Shown here piece by piece: positions 22,840 through 37,998 of a DNA stretch of 64,000 bases. Each line of letters opens with the position of its first letter. Positions within the stretch are counted from its first letter, which is position 1. Source of the stretch: Protoeuglena noctilucae (taxonomy: Eukaryota); NCBI GenBank assembly GCA_958009085.1, contig OY253669.1:1302001-1366000 (forward strand). The letters are read 5' to 3'. A program made the position numbers and the translations under genes. The notes under the pieces were generated by a model that was not told where the DNA came from, did no database searches, and saw nothing but the letters and a program-made list of their open reading frames with translations.

Positions 22840-24873
22840 ATGTTTGGCCAGGATGCCTTGAGGACCGTCCTCCACCCCCGTCCCACGGGGGAAGAGCCTT
22901 CGACGAGCGGGGGCTACAGACCGCCCCCGCTCCCACGCCCCCCTGCCCGGGAGATGAGGCGAGTGGGGCGGATACGCGCATTGTCTGCCGAGTAGTCTCA
23001 GCATCTGTCTGCCGAATAGTCTCGGCATCGCGGCCTGCGCGGGCGTCGCGGCCTCAGCGCGTCGGGGGAGGGTGTCGAATGGTTTCGCACCAAGTCCCCC
23101 GAGCGGCGGCACACGGGCCCGCGACCGCGCGATAGTCCCATGTATCGCGCGCGATACGTACCTGAACACCTTGGCATGGGCCTTCGGGTCCCGACGAGCC
23201 CGCCCGGACCCTCGGCACGCGCGCAGAGGTCCGACTCCCTGGTGCAACTGGGCCATCAAAGGGCAGGTCCTGGCGGGGGCCTTTCCCGCGAGCATCGACG
23301 ATCAGGAGACGAACGAGATCCTGAGGACGCTCCTTGAACTCGGTGAGGCGGCATGGGCCCCGGATGAGCCCCACGGCGCCCGCCATGCGTGGCGCCCGGG
23401 GGCCCCCTCCGTGGCGAATGTTTCAAAAGTTGTCAAGGACGCCGCATATCTTTCAAATTTGACGCGCAATGGCGGTATCCTCGCGTGCCTGGCGCGCGCG
23501 GCTGTGCGGCTCGCGGGCACGTCTCGCACTCACAACATGGAGGGCGGCCGCGCGCGCCCACGCCCTGTCGCGGCTCGGGATCACTGTTGGCAGATCGCAA
23601 CACATATGATTGGTCGTATGCAGCCTCATGGCGGCGCCTTCCACGCGCTCGCCGTGGTTTGGGGGCCCACATGCCCCAGCATTGCACGTCCCCCGCTGCT
23701 TCCCTGCCGCAGGCGTGACGACCTTCGTGTGCCTCCAGTCCGAGTTCAGCATAGATGTGCCCGAGCGCGAGTGGCGGACCGGCCGCGCCCTGCGCCCCTA
23801 CATCCACGACGCGCAGAGAATACTGCGGATGGCACACGAGAACGGGCGAGTGGATTGGTCTGCATGGTATGGGGTGCTCCGATGGCGGCGCGGAGAGGGA
23901 GCAAGAGTGGGCTGGGCAGGTGCCTGTGCGAGGCGAGCAACGAGCCCGGTTGCGGTCCTCTGCAGGTATGGGCCCATCAAGCAGCGCAAGATCGATTTCC
24001 TGCACTTGCCCATCGACGACGGCGGCGTCACCTCGGACACGGCCATGGACAAGCTGGCCGAGGACTGCATCGAGCGCGTCAAGCGAGGAGAGAAGCTCTA
24101 CATCCACTGCTGGGGCGGCCACGGGAGGTGACAGGGCGTTGCGCGATGCTTCACAAGCTTCCTGCCTTGGCCGGCTGCCGGAACCGCTCACGAGAGCACG
24201 CATGCACCGCAGGACCGGGACGCTGGTGGCCGTCATGCTGGGCCGCATCTACGGCATCTCGTATGCGGCCGCACTGCACTGCACTCAGACCTTCCACGAC
24301 GCCCGTCGCTTCCCGCAAGGGGTTCGCTCCCCCTCCACGGCGGTGCAGGTGCGTGGGCTGAGCAGTGGGCTCATGAGCAAGCGTCGGAGCGCTTCTTGCC
24401 AACCATGCCGGCATCCCTGCCTGCAATCCGCAGAGGGCCCAGGTCCGCCGTCTCCTAGGGACCTCCACGCAGCCGCTGCTGCAGCGGACGTCGTCTGCGG
24501 GGCCGCTGGGCAGTGTCCCTCCGCGCACGGGCACCGCGCCCTCCGTGCGCGCCTCCAGCCCCGCCACGCCGCGCGGGGGCATCACGCCGCGGGGATTCAC
24601 TCCCGCCATCAGCTCTCCAGGTGCGCAAGCTTTCTCCCAAGAGCTCAATGCTCTTCCCAAGCGTGCATGGGGGAACGTGCCACGTGTCCTCACAAACACT
24701 CGCCGGCCCCTTCGGTGCCTGCAGTGAGCCCACGGCAGACTGCGACGGCCCCGGGGCGCGCGGGCCTGGCTTCCGCCGCGACGCGGCAGTCGCTGACGGC
24801 CCGCAGCAGCATCACGCTCACTTCCAGGGACCGCATGGACCAACTCAGCCGGAGCATTGAGTCGCTCAAGTGA
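22840..24873 (+). CDS. Cysteine-based (CX5R) protein-tyrosine/dual-specificity-type phosphatase with S/T/R/P-rich tail
   Basis: GPTPWCNWAIKGQVLAGAFP; GVTTFVCLQSE; FLHLPIDDGGV (general-acid loop); LYIHCWGGHGR|TGT (P-loop). It ends LSRSIESLK*. Two introns need GC donors (22959, 23846). Confidence 0.85.
22982..23029. repeat. Intronic 24-bp tandem duplication with internal inverted repeat
   Basis: tgtctgccgagtagtctcagcatc followed by tgtctgccgaatagtctcggcatc (22/24 identical). The consensus tgccgag-tagt-ctcggca is a hairpin. Confidence 0.85.
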
Positions 24874-25398
24874 GTTACGCTGGAAGGCGAATTTGAAAGC
24901 GTGGTTCTCACGCATGTCGCCCGCACGTGCCATCGCCGCACGTGCCATCGCCCTGAGCCCCTTGTCCCGAGCGCAGGAACCTGTCGCTCTCGGCCGGGAA
25001 GGCGACGGCGGCGACCGCCAAGAGCGTGTCGTACAAGCCCGGGTCGGGGCGGCCAGCGGGTCGCAAGCTTTGATCAGCATGCGGGTCTCGACCCGGTCTC
25101 GACATGACTAGGACTGTTACGTGACGTGCTAGGGCATTGTTAGGCGCTAGAGAGTCAGATACCTCGCCATAATGCGCGGCAGGGCCGGCCACCCGCAGCT
25201 TTGTAGACGTGTCACAGTTTAACAGGGCACTCCCCCCACGCACTGTCCGGCAACTGGTTCAGACACGGCTCGCTTGGTGACGAAGACATTGCTGCACGTC
25301 TGCACGGCGCGGTTATAAAATCCGAGGCTGTCTTGTGGCTCGGGACCGAACGAGCAGCTGCAGTACGCGGCTGGAGGCTACAAGCGTCCCCCGCAGCC

Positions 25399-28300
25399 AT
25401 GCGGGGCCCGCTGCCCCGGTCCCCACAAGAGCCTGCCGCGTGTAGGGCCCGTTTCTCCTCGCGCTGTGCGAGTCCTGTGACATGGACATCTTCTCCAGGC
25501 CATAAGCGGCGCGCGGGCTGCAGAGCGGCCCTGTCGAGCGCGCGGGTGAGCTTGAGGTTGGGACTCGCCGAGCGACATCTGCCGTGCCGCCTTCCCCGCT
25601 TTCATCCTCCAGTGGCTCTGTCTAGGAGGGCATGAAATGCTTGGCATAACGAACTGTTCCCGGGAGGGCGGCGCATGCGCTCGCCGTCGGCCTGACTGCG
25701 CCTGCGACCGCTCCTGCGCTGTGCAGGCCGATGGAAGCGATCTGCCCCCCTTGGACAGCCCGGTGTACGACAAGGATGCGAATTCCGCGTACTGGTCCTG
25801 GCGACCGTGGGCAGTCGTGGCGCGGGGCGCGCAAATCGCGTTGTGAGTGTGCTGGACCTTGGGCTGCACCTCCCGAGCCCCGCCTTGGGCCGCAATGACG
25901 CTCCCCGCGTCCCTTTCCGTCACCTCGCAGAATCCTGGGGTACTGGTTCGCCAGCGCCCAGGCCGCGCGGGCCCGCGGGGGCGGGAAAGGCGACACGGCC
26001 CCCGGGGGCCTCGCGCTGCGAGCTGCCCTCACAGACCTGGGCCCTGCCTTCGTCAAGATCGGCCAGGCTCTGGCGACGCGGTCGGACATCGTGCCGGCGG
26101 CTTACATCAAGGAGCTGGAGCGCTTGCAGGACCGCATCCCGCCCTTTGCCACCGCGTCTGCTATGGTGAGCTGCCTGGGGGTGTGTGGCAGATCTGGGAC
26201 TTGCTGGGTAAGGCCTGGTGGCGCGGTTGCGGGAGGTGGCCTCCCTGCCAGAACCCCAAGCGCATCCTGCCCTAGCACTGCCACCCGCGGGACCTCCCTG
26301 GTTGCTTCACTGCCACCCGTCACCCCTTAGGCTCCCCCTGTGTGCACAGGAGGTAGTCACTCAGGAACTGGGAGTCCCGCCAAGCGAAATCTTCTCGGAG
26401 ATTTCCGCTGAGCCCGTCGCAGCGGCCTCGCTGGGCCAGGTGTACCGTGCACGCCTGCGGGGCTCGGGCGACGCGGTCGCCGTCAAAGTGCAGCGTCCCG
26501 GTGTGCTGGACCAGATTCTTCTAGACATTTACATCTTGAGGATCGCTGCCGGGATCATCCGGGTGAGCCATAGCTCTAGCGGCGCTGGCGTGGGCGCGGG
26601 GTGCGGCCGTGGGGCAAACGGCTTGCGACGCGCAACCCGGCTCTCGTTCGGGCCGCGTTTGCACCTCTCGTCTGTCACATCACTTACATTATTAGCTCAT
26701 TATCATTAATATCAACCTGTGTTTGCAGAAGCAGAGGAGCCTCAACACGGACCTCCCGGCCGTGCTGGACGAGTGGGCGGGGAGCCTCATTCGGGAGCTC
26801 GACTACCGGCAGGAGGCGAGGAACGGGGCGCGATTCCGTGACCTGTTCGGGCACTTTCCCGACCTGTACGTCCCGCACATGTACGGCGGGCTCACGACCC
26901 GGCGCGGTGAGCGGCGCAGCGGTGGGGGCGGCAGAGCTGGGGTCAGTTGCGATCGTGAGCGCGGCAGCGTGTTACGGGCAGTGATGTGGGGTGCCGGGAC
27001 TCGCTTTTGAGTCGTGGCGGTCTGCGCTGCAGTGCTGGTGATGGAGTGGATCGACGGCAAGCGGCTTCGGTCCGTCAACGGCAACGGGGAGGGGGCTGGG
27101 CCTGGGTCCGGGTCCGCGGACGACCTGCGGCTGGTGGAGGTGGGCGTGCGGTGTTCGCTGGAGCAGGTGAGAGCGCTTACGGTTGTATGCGAGTTGGGGC
27201 GCACGGTTGTCTTGGCACATGTCCTGTCGGCCCTTCGGTTAAATCATGTGGATGCTTGATAACTGGTGGTTGAGAACTGCGACTGTCGTGTCCCAGTGCT
27301 GCTGCGCACCCCACCCGTCACCGTGACCTGTCATGGACTCGCAGGTCATCAACCAGGGCTACTACCACGCGGACCCGCACCCGGGCAACCTGATGCGCCA
27401 GGACTCGGACGGGAGCCTCGTGTACCTCGACTTTGGAATGATGGGCACCATTGAGCGCCCCCTGCGAACGGGGCTCATCAAGGCGTGCATTCACCTCGTC
27501 AATCGGGAGTTTGACCTCCTGGCCCGCGACTTCGTCACCCTGGGGCTGCTGCCGCCTGGGTCCAACCGGGAAAAGGTCGTCCCCGCCCTCACCAAGGTGA
27601 GCACCAAGTCGCGCGGTGCTAACGCGCGCATGCCGCTCAACGCTCCCGCCTGGAGAGGAGGTGACCCATCCGGTCATCTGCTAGATCCCAGGTGTTCCTG
27701 GAGGCCGTCGGTGCGTCCCCGGACACCCCAGACGAGGGCGACATCACTCGCTTAAGCTTCACGGACCTCACCATCCGCCTCGGCCAGACCATGTACGAGT
27801 TCCAGGTGCGTCCGCGTTGCGCAGGCGTCGCAACTCGAGCCTATCTGGCCATGCAGTACTGGGGAAGGTCACCATGGTCGAGACCAGGGGAACGCCACAG
27901 GCAAAGGCGCCCGTGAGGGACGCTCGTGGCCCCAATCCTCTCTCCCGTCCCACCGCAGTTCCGCATCCCGCCTTACTACACGCTCCTCATCCGCTCCCTG
28001 GCCGTCCTCGAGGGCATCGCAATTGCCTCAGACCCCAACTACAAGGCAAGGGCGGTACTGTGATTGTTGTGCTGCTGGCTAGCGGTGGTGTGGGTCAGTG
28101 CACAGGGCAAGGCGAATGGGGTGCGGTTGTCATCGTCTGTCATGCCGTGCGATTCGATTATTTCATCTGTCGTGCTGCGCATCGCAGGTGGTAGCGGCGG
28201 CGTACCCCTGGATCGCCAAGCGCCTTCTGACGGACAGCCAGGAGGACATGCGGCAGCTGCTGCGGTCGCTGCTCTACGACCGGGACCAGGGCTTCAACTT

Positions 28301-30189
28301 CAAGCGCCTCCAGAGCCTGCTCGTCAACGCCGGTTAGTCATGGGCACATGAGAGAAACACGCTGTGGATCCAAGCGTAGAACCATGTTATATAGAGCTAG
28401 GCAGACACCCAACATCGCCCCGGTCGCTGCAGTGAGCGTCCCGGGCGACGGCTGGAGCGCGGAGGGCTTCAGCGGGGCTCGCCGCCCCGACAACCCACTC
28501 GTGCTGCTGCTCACGCCCGAGGCTTCCTACGTGCGCAACATCCTGCTGGACGAGCTGGTGAGGCCTGGGGGTGCGGCGGCAGCGAGGGTGGCACACTTCC
28601 TCTCACGCAGCGCGGCAGGGTGATGGTCCCGTGTCGTCGGTCCTCGCACCAACTCTGCGTCTCAGTTGCTTGATATGACGGCCCTTGCTGTCTCTCCCTG
28701 CCGCGCGACCACCCAATGCCGTCCCGCCCGCGCCCTCCCACTGCAGGCCAAGGGCATCGACGCTGCGTGGCGCATGGCCCTGGACGGCGCCGTGGATGCC
28801 GCCAGGGACCCCGTCCTGTCCGCTTTGGAGATCGTGGTGGGCGCAGACCCGGGGGGGTCGCCTCCCAGGGGCAACCCACTCTCGCCCGTGCTGCGAGCCG
28901 TCCAGGCGAGTGCGAGTGCTGCGGGCGCACCCGGGGCGGCGCCAGGAAGATGTGGCAGTAATCAAGAGCCCGCAAGGGTTTGCATGGACATGGATAGAGT
29001 TGCGTTGATTTGTAGTTGCTTGCCTTATGGTCATAGCCCGCGACATGCATGGGGTTGCTCGTCTTGTTGCTTGTCAGACAGTCCCGTCACCCACCGCACC
29101 GCCCGCGGCCGTCGCAGTCGATCCCAAGGCTGGCCGAGGAGGAGGACCTGGCGCAGATCGAGGGCCTGCAGTCCCTGGCCGCCGCGTTGGAGGTCATGGC
29201 GGCCCGGAGCGTGGCGACCGGGGCCACGCGAAGGCCCAGGGTCGCCGGGGATGGCGCGAACGGGGCCGTCTGGGGCGACGAGGCGGGGAGCGGCAGGGCG
29301 GCGGGCTCGCTGGGCCCCGCGGGGACGTCCGCGGGCAGCGGGGCGGGTGCCGCTGCGCGTGGGAACGGGAATGGCAACGGGCGGCGTGGGCGGTCGGATG
29401 TCGGGTACCCGCTCCCCAGGACCGTGCCGCCCAGGTCATCGCGCGCCCCGTCGATGGTCGACGCCCGCCGCGTGCAGCAGGCGTCCCTCGTGCTGTCGTG
29501 GGTTCTGCAGGAGGCAGAGAGGCTGCCGCCCGCCGCCAGGTGAGGGCGGCGACGCGAGCAATTCTGCGTCCGCCGCTTCGATGTTACGTTCCATTTTGCA
29601 CCCTACCATGTTGCCTTGACCACTGCATGGGTGCTCTGCGCGTGCATGAGAGACCGTGCGCTCCCCAGTGTGGGTCTTGTTGCACATGCACACACTGGGA
29701 TGTCCCCACGCGTGTCGCAGGCAGGAGGTCCTTCGCATCCCGCTGCAGCTCGTGCAGATGGTGGCGTCCCGCGTGACCGCGAGGCTCATCCGCTCGACGC
29801 TGCTGCCAGCCGAGGGTCCGGGGCGGGAAGCGAGGCCCGACATGGACGACCTGCCCACCTCCTCTTATGACGACAACCGGTGCGTTGAGATCAATGGTGG
29901 GGTTAACGTTGGGGTGTTCTGTGACAACAACCGTTGCGTCGGGAAAGGCTAGGCTACGACAGAGCGCTCTTGTGCCCCGGCCCCAGCCGGTTGCGTACGC
30001 TTCCCCATTGCATGGCATGTCCTGTTGACAACGCCCCGCCCCGTTTCTGTCTTGTGCTGCAGAACACGCGCGTCGCTCCTGGCGAGCATCGAGGACGAGG
30101 GGGTGTCAGAGGACATGGCCATTATGGAGGCAGACGCGGCGGTGGCGGTGCGATCACGGGCGGGGTCCATCCCCATGCGTAGGCTGTGA
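25399..30189 (+). CDS. Plastid ABC1/UbiB atypical kinase, most like ABC1K5, multi-exon
   Basis: [126 protein letters not shown]. The terminal exons are less certain. Confidence 0.88.
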
Positions 30190-30612
30190 CGACAGCTGCT
30201 GTGACGGTGGCCGTGACGGTGGCTGTGATGCCACTGTGGCGACAGCGGCTGTGATGCTGCGTGTATCGGCACGGCGGCGGCACCCTCGCAGCCGACGCCA
30301 CGCCCGCCCCCACGCGACCTACCTCTGCTTGTCAGTAGTTTCTGCCACTGACCCTCTCCCGTCCCTGGTACCCGGTACTACCCTCTGCCCCGAACCTCTC
30401 GGCACTCGCACCCTTGCTTGCCACCATCTATGATGTGACTTTACTGGACCACTGGCGGGCGCATCCATGCGCACTCGCCCCCTCCACGCGCCGCTGCTGT
30501 TTGAATGCAGCAAGTGACAACAGCTTTCAACGCTCAGCAAACGAGCGAGGCCGCTCCAGGCACGCTGGGTGTTTGCCTCGAGACACCCCACCCCACCCAG
30601 TCGCTCCGAGCG

Positions 30613-33898
<3,286 letters not shown>

Positions 33899-34297
33899 CG
33901 CGCGCCCCTACGCCGAAGACGGGCCGGGTGGGCCAGAGAGGGGCGGCCACGCCGCAGAAGAGTCGAACCCCGGGACTGGATGGGGAAAGAGGGGGCTTTA
34001 CAGGGGAAAGAAAAGCAAGCAAGCGAGAACGACCAGCTGCACGCTGTCTCTGTGTTGTCTTTGTGCGTAAGTAAGGCATGCAGGGCTGAAGCGTGAGCGA
34101 TGCAGATGCGCCAGAACCCTCCTGACCCAGCCTCGCCGGGCCAGGAACCAGGTTCAGAAGCGAGAAGCAGGTGAGATTGCCGCACTGGAAGCGCAGGCGG
34201 ATGATGCCGCACATAGGCTGGGATTTGGACCGCCCTGTTGTCTATCCGGGTTGGCATTTGCTCGCGTTGGGGTCTTCGGGGTAGGTCACGCTCTGGG

Positions 34298-37200
34298 ATG
34301 GCGCACGTGGCCCACTGCCTCCTCGCGAATGTGCGCAGTCACGCGCAGGATGCGGCCGTAATCCTTCCCGATGGCGGGTCAATCACAGGTGCGCGCTTGC
34401 GAGGGCCAACTTACCAAAGGTTCACCTAGGTGCACCGGACAAATCGCCGCTTGATTTCCGGCAAAGATCCGTGTCGTGGCATACTTATTCGGTACACGTG
34501 AAGGCTATCGCGGCGCATCGTTGCTAGCGACCTGCAGTGCGTCCCGGGACGACGTTTTGTTCGCCTTGCCCTTCCACGCAGGAACGGAGCTCTTCTGCAG
34601 GGTCTGCGCCCTCGCGGACGCACTGCAGCAGGAATGGGGTGTTGGATATGGCCAGCGAGTCTCGTGCCTGGCCCTCAACAGCCACCGGGTCCTGGAGCTG
34701 TGGCTGGCGACGGCCATGATCGGGTGCGGGAGGCGTCGCGAGCTCATCAAACGCTGTTTTCTATGGTCACGCGCTTCTTGTTAGCGATATGCACGCTTAC
34801 ATATGGTTTTCGAACCCGAGAGCGCCTCCTGTGCGACTCCCTGCCGTGCCCCATCGCCCCCAGTGCGGTCTTTGCGCCGCTCAACTACCGCTGGTCGACG
34901 GCCGAGGTCGCCGCGGCCCTCGCGGATGTCCGGAGCGCTGCGCTGTTCGTCGACGAGGCCAATGCGGGCGAGGGCAGCGGCCGTCATGGACCCACAGCAC
35001 GGCTCTTTTGTGTGGCATGGGAGCTGTCTGAAACGAAGCAGCGTTCCTTTCCTTCTCCCAGGAGTCCTTGATTCGGCAGACGTGTCGCGCGCCCTCGCGG
35101 AAGACCGCGCCAGGGTGGGCTTTTTGGGACCGCCCCTGGAGGGCCGCAGCACGTTGCCGTCCACCGAGCGTGCCATCGCTCCCCAGGTGGCGAGCACCAT
35201 GGCGGCGTGTTCCAAGCTCCTCGGCCCCTCCTCGTCACGATCCCAGGGTTCCGACCAAGTGAGCTGGGCCCGGACTGCGGCACGTGGTGCGCGCATGCAG
35301 AGACGCCTATTGCTACTACGCAAGCGTCAATGTGACGGACCTCTGTCCGTGCCCCGCACCTGCAGGCCTCGGGTTGGGACTTCCTCCCCTCGTCCATCCT
35401 AGGCGTGCCCTCCCAGGAGGTCGTGAAGCACGTTCCGCCAGAATCCGTCGGGACCATGCAGTCTGATCGCAACCTGCCCCTCGTCGACCTGCTCAACGCC
35501 CGGGCCAGTTTCCGGCACGCGCCCGCCGACGTGGCGCTCCTCGTCTTCACCAGCGGGTGAGCGAAGTATGGCGAAGTATGGTGGGGACACTGTCGGGTCA
35601 GGGCATCGGTGCTTGTGCTGCGAATGGGTGCGGGGGAGGAGAGAACTAGTACTGAGTGGTGCTCTCTTCAAGAGGCCAACCGAACGTCGGTGCATCGCCG
35701 TTCGCGTCCGCAGCACGACGGGCCGCAGCAAGGCAGCGGCGCTGACGCACGCAGCGGTGGTGTTCCAGTCCGCGTGCAAGATCGCGCACATGCGCCTGAC
35801 CTCGGCGGACGTGTACATGCACGCCCCGCCGCTCTTCCACGTCGGCGGCCTCTCAAGCGCCCACGCCGCCCTCCAGTGCGCGGCGCGGCACGTGTTCCCT
35901 CCCAAGTTTGCTGCCGCGGACTTTCTGGCGCAGCTCCGGCAGTGGGGCGTGTCCTCCATCGGTGAGGAGAGGACGCGACGGTGATGTCTTTGACAGGACC
36001 ATGTGCTGCTGGCTTCCCTTGTCATGTCCTTGTACGGCGATAGAGCCATTGGCCGAGACACGTGCTGCTGGCTTCCTCTGACATGTCATTTGCTCACCAG
36101 CGCCGAACCGGCCTTGGTGTTATCCTGACCCTGTGCCTTGGCTGCCCGCTCCATGCAGCGGTGGTGCCGACGATGCTCGGGGACATGGTCAAGGCGGCGA
36201 GGCTGGACAGGAATGGGCAAGAAGCGAGCGCGGGCTCTGGGAGTGCGGCACCTTGGCATGATGCATCCCCGTTACCGTCTATTCCATCGGTGCGCCACGT
36301 CTTGGTGGGGGCCGGCAAGCTCCCCGCGTCCCTAGTGCGCTCCGCGAGCTCCCTCTTCCCCCGCGCGACCTTCCACACGGCGTACGGCATGACGGAGGCG
36401 TGCAGCTCCATCACCTTCGGCCTCGCGGGTGGCGCGGTGCCCGCCGAGAGCCTGGCACTGGCGTGGGACCACCAGCGACAGCTGCTGGAGGGGCTCACCG
36501 CCGGTGAGTGTTGTGAAGAGCGTCGCTGCAATGCAAAGAGAGTCGCTGCGAGTGCTGCTGCAATGCCTGTCGTTTTGGGCATGTGGGAGGGAGCGGCCGT
36601 GGCTGTGTGTGCAGGGGGTGCGGGAGGCGACGGTGGAAGGGGCGAGACCCCATCCGGTATGCCGTCGCACGTCGTGAATGTGGGGTTCCCGCCCGCCGGG
36701 ATCGAAGTGCGGGTGGTGGCGAGCGACGGGGCGAGCGGGGCGGGGGTGGAGGGGGAGGTGCAAGTGCGCGGCCCGAACGTGACCCTGGGGTACGCGCGAG
36801 CATCGAGCGCGGACGGCACAGGTGAGAGGCAGCGCGAGACGCGGAGGGTGCCAGGGTCCCTCGCTTTGGTCATGGCTGCAGCCTTGTGTGTGTGCTTGCA
36901 TCCAACGACTGCTCTGCTTCGCGTGCCTGCTCCCCGGAGCCTTGTATCTAACGACCGCATCTACATAATCGATTGCTTGCCTGCTCCCGCAGCCTTGTCT
37001 GTGTCCAGGACGCCCCTCACGCCCGAGGGGTGGCTGCAGACCGGGGACGCTGGGGTGATGAGCCCCTCGGGGCGCCTGTGGCTGGTGGGGAGGCTGAAGG
37101 ACGTGGTGCGGTCGGGGGGGGAGAACGTGCACGCGGGGGAGGTGGAGGAGGTGCTGCAGCGGATGAGGTGACAGGGGACGGGAGGGGAATGCGGATATGC

Positions 37201-37802
37201 GCATGTGGGGCTGGGGAGGTGCTGCAGTGGGTGATGTGTGGCGCAGAATGCTGGTGCTTTGCTCCGCACCGACTCTGCGACTCTGCGAGGACACTGCAGC
37301 TTGCAATTTGGCATGCGTGAGTGGGCGTCTCATGCGTGCTGGTGCTTGCGCTCGTGCAGGGGAGTGGAGGAGGCTGCGGTGTTCGGCGTGCCGGATGAGC
37401 GGCTGGGCGAGACGGTGGCTGCGGTGCTGGTGGTGCAGAGGGCGGGGGGAGACGGGGTGCCTGGTGCGCCTCTGCAGTCAATGGTCGGTACTTTGAACGG
37501 CGCCGCCCGGGAGGTGAGGTGGAGCACGACAGCATCCATGTGCTGCGTTCATCTACCTGTGCGAGGCTGCGGACGTAACGCCTGTGCCGCGTGTTACATG
37601 GTTGCAGGTAGTGACGGAGCACTGCCGGCGTGAGGGGCTGAGTGGCTTCAAGTGCCCCCGGGTGGTCATGGTGACTGACCGACCGCTGCCGAGGAACAGC
37701 ATGGGGAAGGTCGACAAGGGCGTCCTGCGGGAGGCCTACCGGGTGGGCGTCGCACAGTCGCCGGGGGCTGGCAGGGCTGGCATGCCGACCGCCGAGCAGT
37801 AG
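34298..37802 (+). CDS. AAE14: o-succinylbenzoate-CoA ligase (MenE/AAE14-like, phylloquinone pathway), AMP-binding family
   Basis: N-terminus MAHVAHCL; APLNYRWS; LLVFTSG|TTGRSK (A3 motif); APPLFHVGGLSS; TAYGMTEACSSITF; VRGPNV; GWLQTGDAG; GRLKDVVRSGGENV; VFGVPDERLGE; LPRNSMGKVDK. The last exon is uncertain. Confidence 0.8.
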
Positions 37803-37998
37803 GCGTATGTGCCGCAGCACTGACACGTGCAATCGAACAGTTATCCCTTCGATGACTTCTTGGACCAGGCTTCGCACTTGAATTCTTCCCGCTTGGAAAA
37901 GCCTCACAAGGAAATGGAAGAAAGGAGAGAGCGCCCGGACCATTTTTGACCAATTCCACCTGCTCTTCCATCGGTTCTCACGTCTGTTGCTTTGTCCG

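Noticed and set aside
22982..23029. Palindromic 24-bp repeat as a CRISPR array
   Set aside because: Only two adjacent copies, no spacers, no cas genes, and it lies in a eukaryotic intron.
24090..24230. Phosphatase as a PFA-DSP/Siw14 inositol pyrophosphatase
   Set aside because: The P-loop is HCWGGHGRTG, not HCxxGKHRTG, so the assignment is unsupported.
30186..30257. Degenerate tgtgac/ggctgtga repeats after the ABC1K5-like stop
   Set aside because: A low-complexity 3'-UTR microsatellite-like tract with no distinctive structure.
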